Shown here in pieces: positions 1 through 11,399 of a stretch of 64,000 bases of DNA (the first letter of the stretch is position 1; the number at the start of each line of letters is the position of its first letter). Position numbers and translations under genes: made by a program. Under the pieces are notes generated by a model. That model was not told the origin of the DNA. It was given only the letters and a program-made list of their open reading frames with translations, and ran no database searches. Source of the stretch: Camelus dromedarius (lineage: Eukaryota); contig NC_087436.1 in NCBI RefSeq assembly GCF_036321535.1, positions 3,534,001-3,598,000 of the forward strand. Direction: 5' to 3'.

Positions 1-715
1 GTTCATCTAGCACAAAGGGAACGGGTTGCATTAGAAACTTTTTCTCTGGTTTCTCAGTCTGTTTCCTAGTGCCGGTGTGAAGTTCCTGCAGTTTTCACTG
101 TAAAAACGAGTTGGAGCTAGTACCTCCCCATATATATGTATGGAATGGAGTTTGCAACTGAAAAGAATCTTTGTGTTCCCAACAAGCTAGGTGAAGGACG
201 GCTTTCACACACAGTTATCTCTCAGAACTGAGCATGTGGAGAGACGTTCGTTCATCTAGCACAAAAGGATAGGGTTGCAGGAGAAACTTTTACTCTGGTT
301 TCTCAGTCTGTTTCCTAATTCCGGTTTGAAGTTCCTGCAGTTTTCACTGTAAAACAGAGTTGGAGCTAATAACTTCCCCATATATATGTATCTAGTGGTG
401 TATGCAACTGAAAAGAAACTTTGTATTCCCAACAAGGTAGGTGAAGTTCGGCTTTCACACACACATATCTCTAAGAACTGAGCATGTGGAGAGACGTTCC
501 TTCATCTAGCACAAAAGGAACGGGTTGCAGGAGAAACTTTTACTCTGGTTTCTCAGTCTGTTTCCTAGTGCCGGTTGGAAGATCCTGCAGTTTTCATTGT
601 AAAACCGAGTTTGAGTTTGTACCACCCCATATATTTGTATGGAGTGGAGTTTGCAACTGAAAAGAAACTTTGTGTTCCCAACAAGTTAGTTGAATGACGG
701 CATTCACACACACAT

Positions 716-3700
716 ATCTCTCAGGAATGAGCATGTGGAGACACGTTCGTTCATCTAGCACAAAGGGAACGGGTTGCAGGAGAAACTTTTACTCTGGTTT
801 CTCAGTCTGTTTCCTAGTGCCGGTTGGAATTTCCTGAATTTTTCACTGTAAAACCGAGTTTTAGCTAATACCTCCCCTTATATATGTATGGAGTGGAGTT
901 TGCAACTGAAAAGAAACTTTGTGTTAACAACAAGCTAGGGGAAGGACGGCTTTCACACCCACTTATCTCTCAGAAATGAGCATGTGGAGATACGTTCGTT
1001 CACCTAGCACAAAGGGAACGGGTTGCAGGAGAAATTTTTACTCTAGATTCTCAGTCTGTTTCCTAGGGCCTGTTTGGAGTTCCTGCAGTTTTCACTGTAA
1101 AATCGAGTTGGAGCTTGTACCTCCCCATATATATGTATGGATTGGAGTTTGCAACTGAAAAGAAACTTTGTGTTCCCAACAAGTTAGGTGAAGTACGGCT
1201 TTCACACACTTATCTCTCAGAACTGAGCATGTGGAGAGACGTTCGTTCATCTAGCAAAAACGGATCGGGTTGCAGGAGAAACTTTAACTCTGGTTTCTCA
1301 GTCTGTTTCCTAGTGCCGGTTTGAAGTTCCTGCAGTTTTCACTGTAAAACCGAGTTGGAGCTAGTACCTCCCCATATATATGTATGGCGTGGAGTTTGCA
1401 ACTGAAAAGAAAGTTTGTGTTCCCAACAAGCTAGGTGAAGGACGGCTTTTACACACACTTATCTCTCAGAACTGAGCATGTGCAGAGACGTTCGTACATC
1501 TAGCAGTAAGATAACGGTTTGCGTGAGAAACTTTTACTTTGGTTTCTCAGTCTCTTTCCTAGTGCCGGTCTGAAGTTCCTGCAGTTTTCACTGTAAAACC
1601 GTGTTGGAGCTAGTACATCCCCATATATATGTATGGATTTGAGTTTGCAAATGAAAAGAAACTTTGTGTTCCCAACAAGCTAGGTGAAGGACGGCTTTCA
1701 CACCCAATTATCTCTCAGAACTGAGCATGTGGAGAAATGTTCGTTCATCTAGCACAAAAGGAACGGGTTGCAGGAGAAACTTTTACTCTGGAATCTCAGT
1801 CTGTTTCCTAGGGCCGGTTTGAAGATTCTGCAGTTTTCACTGTAAAACCGATTTGGAGCTAGTACCTACACATATATATGTATGGAGTGGAGTTTGCAAG
1901 TGAAAAGAAACTTTGTGTTCCCAACAAGCTAGGTGAAGGACGGCTTTCACACACACTTATCTCTCAGAACTGAGCATGTGGAAAGACGTTCGTTATTCTA
2001 GCACAAAGGAAACGGGTTGCAGGAGAAACATTTACTCTGTTTTCTCAGTCTGTTTCCTAGTGCCGGTTTGAAGTTCCTGCAGTTTTCACTGTAAAACCGA
2101 GTTGGAGCTAGAAACTCCCCATATATATGTATGGAGTGGAATTTGCAACTGAAAAGAAACTTTGTGTTCCCAACAAGCTAGTTGAAGGACGGCTTTCACA
2201 CACACTTATCTCTCAGGACTGAGCATGTGGAGAGACGTTCGTTCATCTAGCACAAATGGATCGGGTTGCAGGAGAAACTTTTACTCTGGTATCTCAGGCT
2301 GTTTCCTAGTGTCGGTTTGAATTTCCTGCAATTTTCTGTGTCAAACCGAGTTGGAGCTAGTACCTCCCCTTATATATATATGGTGTGGAGTTTGCAACTG
2401 AAAAGAAACTTTGTGTTAACAACAAGCTATGTGAAGGACGGCTTCACACCCACATATATCTCAGAAATGAGCATGTGGAGAGACGTTCGTTCACCTAGCA
2501 CAAAGGGAACGGGTTGCATGAGAAACTTTTACTCTGGTTTCTCTAGTCTGTTTCCTAGGGCCGGTTTGAAGTTCCAGCAGTTTTCACTGTAAAACCGAGT
2601 TGGAGCTTGTACCCCCCCTTATATATGTATGGAGTGGTGTTTGCAACTGAAAAGAAACTTTGTGTTCCCAACAAGCAAGGTGAAGGACGGCTTTCACACA
2701 CATTTATCTCTCAGAACTGAGCATGTGGAGAGACGTTCCTTCATCTAGCAAAAAGGGAACGGGATGCAGGAGAAACTTTTACTCTGGTTTTTCAATCTTT
2801 TTCTTAGTGCCGGTTTGAAGTTCCTGCAGTATTCAGTGTAAAACAGAGCTGGAGCTTGTACATCCCCATATATATATATGGTGTGGAGTTTGCAACTGAA
2901 AAGAAACTTTGTGTTCCCTACAAGCTAGGTGAAGTATGGCTTTCACACACACATATATCTCAGAACTGAGCATGTGGAGAGACGTTCGTTCACCTAGCAC
3001 AAAATGAACGGGTTGCAGGAGAAACTTTTACTCTGATATCTCAGTCTCTTTCCTAGTTCCCGTTTGAAGTTCCTGCAGTTTTCACTGTAAAAACGAGTTG
3101 CAGCTAGTACCTCCCCATATATATGTATGGAGTGGAATTTGCAACTTAAAAGAAACTTTGTGTTCCCTACAAGCTAGGTGAAGGACGGTTTCACACACAC
3201 TTATCTCTCAGGAATGAGCATGTGGAGACACGTTCGTTCATCTAGCACAAAGGGAACGGGTTGCAGGAGAAACTTTTACTCTGGTTTCTCAGTCTGTTTC
3301 CTAGTGCCGGTTTGAATTTCCTGAATTTTTCACTGTAAAACCGAGTTTTAGCTAATACCTCCCCTTATATATGTATGGAGTGGAGTTTGCAACTGAAAAG
3401 AAACTTTGTGTTAACAACAAGCTAGGGGAAGGACGGCTTTCACACCCACTTATCTCTCAGAAATGAGCATGTGGAGATACGTTCGTTCACCTAGCACAAA
3501 GGGAACGGGTTGCAGGAGAAATTTTTACTCTAGATTCTCAGTCTGTTTCCTAGGGCCTGTTTGGAGTTCCTGCAGTTTTCACTGTAAAATCGAGTTGGAG
3601 CTTGTACCTCCCCATATATATGTATGGATTGGAGTTTGCAACTGAAAAGAAACTTTGTGTTCCCAACAAGTTAGGTGAAGTACGGCTTTCACACACTTAT

Positions 3701-5405
3701 CTCTCAGAACTGAGCATGTGGAGAGACGTTCGTTCATCTAGCAAAAACGGATCGGGTTGCAGGAGAAACTTTAACTCTGGTTTCTCAGTCTGTTTCCTAG
3801 TGCCGGTTTGAAGTTCCTGCAGTTTTCACTGTAAAACCGAGTTGGAGCTAGTACCTCCCCATATATATGTATGGCGTGGAGTTTGCAACTGAAAAGAAAG
3901 TTTGTGTTCCCAACAAGCTAGGTGAAGGACGGCTTTTACACACACTTATCTCTCAGAACTGAGCATGTGCAGAGACGTTCGTACATCTAGCAGTAAGATA
4001 ACGGTTTGCGTGAGAAACTTTTACTTTGGTTTCTCAGTCTCTTTCCTAGTGCCGGTCTGAAGTTCCTGCAGTTTTCACTGTAAAACCGTGTTGGAGCTAG
4101 TACATCCCCATATATATGTATGGATTTGAGTTTGCAAATGAAAAGAAACTTTGTGTTCCCAACAAGCTAGGTGAAGGACGGCTTTCACACCCAATTATCT
4201 CTCAGAACTGAGCATGTGGAGAAATGTTCGTTCATCTAGCACAAAAGGAACGGGTTGCAGGAGAAACTTTTACTCTGGAATCTCAGTCTGTTTCCTAGGG
4301 CCGGTTTGAAGATTCTGCAGTTTTCACTGTAAAACCGATTTGGAGCTAGTACCTACACATATATATGTATGGAGTGGAGTTTGCAAGTGAAAAGAAACTT
4401 TGTGTTCCCAACAAGCTAGGTGAAGGACGGCTTTCACACACACTTATCTCTCAGAACTGAGCATGTGGAAAGACGTTCGTTATTCTAGCACAAAGGAAAC
4501 GGGTTGCAGGAGAAACATTTACTCTGTTTTCTCAGTCTGTTTCCTAGTGCCGGTTTGAAGTTCCTGCAGTTTTCACTGTAAAACCGAGTTGGAGCTAGAA
4601 ACTCCCCATATATATGTATGGAGTGGAATTTGCAACTGAAAAGAAACTTTGTGTTCCCAACAAGCTAGTTGAAGGACGGCTTTCACACACACTTATCTCT
4701 CAGGACTGAGCATGTGGAGAGACGTTCGTTCATCTAGCACAAATGGATCGGGTTGCAGGAGAAACTTTTACTCTGGTATCTCAGGCTGTTTCCTAGTGTC
4801 GGTTTGAATTTCCTGCAATTTTCTGTGTCAAACCGAGTTGGAGCTAGTACCTCCCCTTATATATATATGGTGTGGAGTTTGCAACTGAAAAGAAACTTTG
4901 TGTTAACAACAAGCTATGTGAAGGACGGCTTCACACCCACATATATCTCAGAAATGAGCATGTGGAGAGACGTTCGTTCACCTAGCACAAAGGGAACGGG
5001 TTGCATGAGAAACTTTTACTCTGGTTTCTCTAGTCTGTTTCCTAGGGCCGGTTTGAAGTTCCAGCAGTTTTCACTGTAAAACCGAGTTGGAGCTTGTACC
5101 CCCCCTTATATATGTATGGAGTGGTGTTTGCAACTGAAAAGAAACTTTGTGTTCCCAACAAGCAAGGTGAAGGACGGCTTTCACACACATTTATCTCTCA
5201 GAACTGAGCATGTGGAGAGACGTTCGTTCATCTAGCAAAAAGGGAACGGGATGCAGGAGAAACTTTTACTCTGGTTTTTCAATCTTTTTCTTAGTGCCGG
5301 TTTGAAGTTCCTGCAGTATTCAGTGTAAAACAGAGCTGGAGCTTGTACATCCCCATATATATATATGGTGTGGAGTTTGCAACTGAAAAGAAACTTTGTG
5401 TTCCC
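716..5405. repeat. Near-identical block duplication, offset 2487 bp (10 monomers): ~716-2918 and ~3203-5405
   Basis: Identical ORF translations at 976/3463, 1115/3602 and 2266/4753 (all +2487); tcaggaatgagc at 721 and 3208; the copies diverge after ~2918/5405. Confidence 0.93.
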
Positions 5406-5469
5406 AACAAGCTAGGTGAAGGACGGGTTTCACACACACTTATCTCTCAGAACTGAGCATGTGGAAAGA

Positions 5470-8420
5470 CGTTCGTTCATCTAGCACAAATGGATCGAGT
5501 TGCAGGAGAAACTATTACTCTGGTTTCTCAGTCTGTTTCCTAGTGCCGGTTTGAAGTTCCTGCAGTTTTCTGTGTCAAACCGAGTTGGAGCTAGTACCTC
5601 CCCTTACATATATATGGAGTGGAGTTTGCAACTGAAAAGAAACTTTGTGTTAACAACAAGCTAGGTGAAGGACGGCTTCACACACACTTATCTCTCAGAA
5701 ATGACCATGTGGAGAGACGTTCGTTCACCTAGCACAAAGGGAACGGGTTGCAGGAGAAACTTTTACTCTGGTTTCTCAGTCTGTTTCCTAGGGCCGGTTT
5801 GAAGTTCCTGCAGTTTTCACTATAAAACCGAGTTGGAGCTACTACCTCCCCATATATATTTATGGAGTGGAGTTTGCAACTGAAAAGAAACTTTCTGTTC
5901 CCAACAAGCTAGGTGAAGGGAGGCTTTCACACACACTTATCTCTCAGAACTGAGCATGTGGAGATACGTTCTTTCATCTAGCACAAATGGAACGGGTTGC
6001 AGGAGAATCATTTACTCTGGTTTCTCAGTCTGTTTCCTACTGCCTGTTTGAAGTTCCTGCAGTTATCACTGTAAAATCGAGTTGAAGCTAGTACCTCCCC
6101 ATATATATGTATGGAATGGAGTTAGCAACTGAAAAGAAAATTTGTGTTCCCAACAAGCTAAGTGAAGGACGGCTTTCACACACTTATCTCTCAGAACTGA
6201 GCATGTGGAGAGACGTTCGTTCATCTAGCAAAAAGGGAACGGTTTGCAGGAGAAACTTTTACCCTGGTTTCTCTCTCTGTTTCCTAGGGCCAGTATGAAG
6301 TTCCTGCAGTTTTCACTGTAAAACCGAGTTGGAGCTTGTACCCCCCCAAATATATGTATGGATTGGAGTTTGCAACTGAAAAGAAACTTTGTGTTCCCAA
6401 CAATATAGGGGAAGGACGGCTTTCACACACACTTATCTCTCAGAACTGAGCATGTGGAGAGACGTTCGTTCATCTAGCACAAAAGGATCGGGTTGCAGGA
6501 GAAACTTTGACTCTGGTTTCTCAGTCTGTTTCCTAGTTCCATTTGAAGTTCCTGCAGTTTTCACTGTAAAACCGAGTTGGAGCTATTACCTCCACTTATA
6601 TATGTATGGAGTGGAGTTTGCAACTGAAAAGGAACTTTGTGTTCCCAACAAGCTAATTGAAGGACGGCTTTCACACACACTTATCTCTCAGAACTGAGCA
6701 TGTGGAAAGACGTTCGTTCATCTAGCACAAAGGGAACGGGTTGCAGGAGAATCTTTTACTCTGGTTTCTCAGTCTGTTTCCTAGTGCCGGTTTGAATTTC
6801 CTGCATTTTTCACTGTATAACCGAGTTGGAGCTTGTACCTACCCTTTTATACGTATGGAGTGGAGTTTGTAACTGAAAAGAAACTTTGTTTTAACAACAA
6901 GCTAGGTGAAATACGGCTTTCACACACTCTTATCTCTCAGAAATGAGCATGTGGAGATACGTTCGTTCACCTAGCACAAAGGAAACGGGTTGCAGGAGAA
7001 TCTTTTACTCTGGTTTCTCAGTCTGTTTCCTAGGGCCAGTTTGAAGTTCCTGCAGTTTTCACTGTAAAACTTAGTTGGAGCAAGTACCTCCCCATATATA
7101 TGTATGGAGTGGAGTTTGCAACTGAAAAGAATCTTTGTGTTCCCAACAAGCTAGGTGAAGGACGGCTTTCACAGACACTTATCTCACAGAACTGAGCATG
7201 TGGAGAGACGTTCGTTCATCTAGCACAAATGGATCGAGTTGCAGGAGAAACTATTAATCTGGTTTCTCAGTCTGTTTCCTAGTGCCGGTTTGAAGTTCCT
7301 GCAGTTTTCTGTGTCAAACCGAGTTGGAGCTAGTACCTCCCCTTTCATATATATGGAGTGGAGTTTGCAACTGAAAAGAAACTTTGTGTTAACAACAAGC
7401 TAGGTGAAGGACGGCTTCACACACACTTATCTCTCAGTAATGACCATGTGGAGAGACGTTCGTTCACCTAGCACAAAGGGAACGGGTTGCAGGAGAAACT
7501 TTTACTCTGGTTTCTCAGTCTGTTTCCTAGGGCCGGTTTGAAGTTCCTGCAGTTTTCACTATAAAACCGAGTTGGTGCTAGTACCTCCCCATATATATTT
7601 ATGGAGTGGAGTTTGCAACTGAAAAGAAACTTTGTGTTCACAACAAGCTAGGTGAAGGGAGGCTTTCACACACACTTATCTCTCAGAACTGAGCATGTGG
7701 AGATACGTTCTTTCATCTAGCACAAATGGAACAGGTTGCAGGAGAATCATTTACTCTGGTTTCTCAGTCTGTTTCCTACTGCCTGTTTGAAGTTCCTGCA
7801 GTTATCACTGTAAAATCGAGTTGAAGCTAGTACCTCCCCATATATATGTATGGAATGGAGTTAGCAACTGAAAAGAAAATTTGTGTTCCCAACAAGCTAA
7901 GTGAAGGACGGCTTTCACACACTTATCTCTCAGAACTGAGCATGTGGAGAGACGTTCGTTCATCTAGCAAAAAAGGAACGGTTTGCAGGAGAAACTTTTA
8001 CCCTGGTTTCTCTGTCTGTTTCCTAGGGCCAGTATGAAGTTCCTGCAGTTTTCACTGTAAAACCGAGTTGGAGCTTGTACCCCCCCAAATATATGTATGG
8101 AGTGGAGTTTGCAACTGAAAAGAAACTTTGTGTTCCCAACAATATAGGGGAAGGACGGCTTTCACACACACTTATCTCTCAGAACTGAGCATGTGGAGAG
8201 ACGTTCGTTCATCTAGCACAAAAGGATCGGGTTGCAGGAGAAACTTTGACTCTGGTTTCTCAGTCTGTTTCCTAGTTCCATTTGAAGTTCCTGCAGTTTT
8301 CACTGTAAAACCGAGTTGGAGCTATTACCTCCCCTTATATATGTATGGAGTGGAGTTTGCAACTGAAAAGGAACTTTGTGTTCCCAACAAGCTAATTGAA
8401 GGACGGCTTTCACACACACA
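5470..8420. repeat. Block duplication, offset ~1739 bp (7 monomers): ~5470-6680 and ~7210-8420
   Basis: ORF pairs 6107/7846 and 6389/8128 (+1739); shared variants tggatcgagttgc, tgaccatg, agttatcact, ccccccaaatata. Several mismatches are visible. Confidence 0.88.
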
Positions 8421-11399
8421 TTTCTCTCAGAACAGAGCATGTGGAGAGACGTTCGTTCATCTAGCACAAAAGGAACGGGTTGCAGGAGAAATTTTTCTCT
8501 GGTTTCTCAGTCTGTTTCCTAGTGCCTGTTTGAAGTTCCTGCAGTTTTCACTGTAAAACAGAGTTGGAGCTAATACCTCCACATATATATGTATGTAGTG
8601 GTGTATGTAACTGAAAAGAAACTTTGTATTCCAAACAAGCTAGGTGAATGTCGGCTTTCACACACACATATCTCTCAGATTTGAGCATGTGGAGAGACGT
8701 TCGTTCATCTAGCACAAAGGGAACGCGTTGCAGGGGAAACTTTTACTCTGGTTTCTCAGTCTGTTTCCTAGGGCCAGTTTGAAGTTCCTGCAGTTTACAC
8801 TGTAAAACCTAGTTGGAGCTAGTACCTCCCCATATATATGTATGGAGTGGAGTTTGCAACTGAAAAGAAACTTTGTGTTCCCAACAATCTAGGTGAAGGA
8901 CGGCTTTCACACACATTTATCTCTCAGAACTGAGCATGTGGAGAGACGTTCGTTCATCTAGCACATAGGGAACGGGTTGCTTTAGAAACATTTACTTTGG
9001 TTTCTCTGTCTGTTTCCTAGTGCCGGTTTGAAGTTCCTGCCGTTTTAACAGTAATACCGAGTTGGAGCTACTACCTCCCCATATATATGTATGGATTGGA
9101 GTTTGCAACTGAAAAGAAAATTTGTGTTCCCAACAAGCTAGGTGAAGGACGGCTTTCACACACACTTATCTCTCAGAACTGAGCATGTGGAGAAACTTTC
9201 GTTCATCTAGCACAAAGGAAATGGGTTGCAGGAGAAACTTTTTCTCTGGTTTCTCAGACTGTTTCCTAGTGCCGGGTTGAAGTTCCTGCAGTTTTCACTG
9301 TAAAACCAAGTTGGAGCTAGTACCTCCCCATATATATATAAGGGGTGGAGTTTGAAACTGGAAAGAAACTTTGTGTTCCCAACAACCTAGGTGAAGGACG
9401 GCTTTCACACACACTTATATTTCAGAACTGAGCATGTGGAGAGACTTTCGTTCATCTAGCACAAAGGGAACGTGTTGCAGGAGAAACTTTTACTCTGGAT
9501 TCTCAGTCTGTTTCCTAGGGCCGGTTTGAAGTTCCTGCAGTTTTCACTGTAAAATCGAGATGGAGCTAGTACCTCCCCATATATATGTATGGAGTGGAGT
9601 TTGCAACTGAAAAGAAACTTTGTGTTCCCAACAAGCTAGGTGAAGGACGGCTTTCACACACACTTATCTCTCAGAACTGAGCATGAGCAGAGACGTTCGT
9701 ACATCTAGCAGAAATGGAACGGTTTGCAGGAGAAACTTTTACTTTGTTTTCTCAGTCTGTTTCCTAGTGCCGGGTTGATGTTCCTGCAGTTTTCACTGTA
9801 AAACAGTGTTGGAGCTAGTACCTCCCCATATATTTGTATCGATTGGAGTTTGCAACGAAAAGATACTTTGTGTTCCCAGCAAGCTACGTGAAGGATGGCT
9901 TTCACACACACTTATCTCTCAGAACTGAGCATGTGGAGAGACGTTCGTTCATCTAGCACAAAGGGAACGGGTTGCAGGAGAAACTTTTACTCTGGTTTCT
10001 CAGTCTGTTTCCTAGTGCCGGTTTAAAGTTCCTGCAGTTTTCACTGTAAAACCGTGTTGGAACTCGTACCACCACATATATATGTATGGAGTGGAGTTTG
10101 CAACTGAAAAGAAACTTTGTGTTCCCAACATTCTAGGGGAAGGACGGCTTTCACTCCCACTTATCTCTCAGAACTGAGCATGTGGAGAGGCGTTTGTTCA
10201 TCTAGCAAAAATGGAACGGGTTGCAGGAGAAACTTTTACTCTGGTTTCTCAGTCTGTTTCCTAGGGCCAGTTTGAAGTTCCTGCAGTTTTCACTGTAAAA
10301 CCGATTTGGAGCTAGTTCCTCCCCATATATATGTATGGAGTGGAGTTTGCAACTGGAAAGAAACTTTGTGTTCCCAACAAGCTAGATGAATGACGGCTTT
10401 CACACATACATATCTCTCAGAACTGAGCATGTGGAGAAACGTTCGTTCATCTAGCAAAAATGGAACGGGTTGCAGGAGAAACTTTTACTCTGGTTTCTCA
10501 GTCTGATTCCTAGTTCCGGTTTGAAGTTCCTGCAATTTTCACTGTAATACCGAGTTGGAGCTAGTAATTCCCCATATATAATTATGGAGTGGAGTTTGCA
10601 ACTGAAAAGAAAGTTTGTGTTCCCAACAAGCTAGATGAAAGACGGCTTTCACACACACTTATCCCTCAGAAATGAGCATGTGTAGAGACGTTCATTCATC
10701 TAGCACAAACGGAACGGGTTGCAGGAGAAACTTTTACTCTGGATTCTCATTCTGTTTCCTAGGGTCGGTTTGAAGTTCCTGCAGTTTTCACTGTAAAACC
10801 GAGTTGGAGCTAGAAAGTCCCCATATATATGTATGGAGTGGAGTTTGAAACTGAAAACAAACTTTGTGTTCCTAACAAGCTAGGTGAAGGACGGCTTTCA
10901 CACACATTTATCTCTCAGAACTGAGCATGTGGAGAGACGTTCGTTCATCTAGCAAAAAGGGAATGGGTTGCAGGAGAAACTTTTACTCTGGTTTCTCTGT
11001 CTGTTTCCTAGTGCCGTTTTGAATTTCCTGCAGTGTTCACTGTGAAACAGATTTGGAGTTAGTACCTCCCCATATATATGTATGGAGTGGAGTTTGCAAC
11101 TGAAAAGAAACTATGTGTTCCCAACAATCTATGTGAAGGTCGGCTTTCACACACACTTAACTCTCAGAACTGAGCATGTGGAGAGACGTTCGTTCATCTA
11201 GCAAAAATGGAACGGGTTGCAGGAGAAACTTTTACTCTGGTTTCTCAGTCTGTTTCCTAGGTCCAGTTTGAAGTTCCTGCAGTTTTCACTGTAAAAACGA
11301 GTTGGAGCTAGTACCTCCCCATATATATATATGGAGTGGAGTTTGCAACTGAAAAGAAACTTTGTGTTCAAACAAGCTAGGTGAAGTGCGGCTTTCACA

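Larger units (their letters stand above)
1..8850. repeat. Satellite subfamily A domain (left)
   Basis: Diagnostic variants gtggtgtatg, tctgtgtcaaaccg, aagttagttgaatgacggcattc, agataacggtttgcgtgagaa and aataacttcccc occur here and again after ~40.5 kb; I did not see them in 8.9-35.8 kb. Confidence 0.8.

Noticed and set aside
129..141. TATA-box promoter in each monomer
   Set aside because: It is a short (AT)n tract within a palindrome, with nothing else supporting promoter function.
205..213. (CA)n microsatellite
   Set aside because: Only 3-5 units and part of the monomer; it matters only as the site of recurrent 2-bp deletions.
241..258. tRNA- or SINE-derived Pol III B box
   Set aside because: gttcgttca does not fit GTTCRANNC, and there is no A box or cloverleaf.
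245..276. Intact CENP-B box
   Set aside because: TTCG and CGGG are 20 bp apart in the consensus rather than the required 7; I saw no TTCGnnnnAnnCGGG on either strand.
218..290. Hammerhead ribozyme like those in newt or schistosome satellites
   Set aside because: The core CUGANGA is not matched in the consensus (ctgagca on plus; ctgagag and ctgagaa on minus), and I could not build the three-stem fold.
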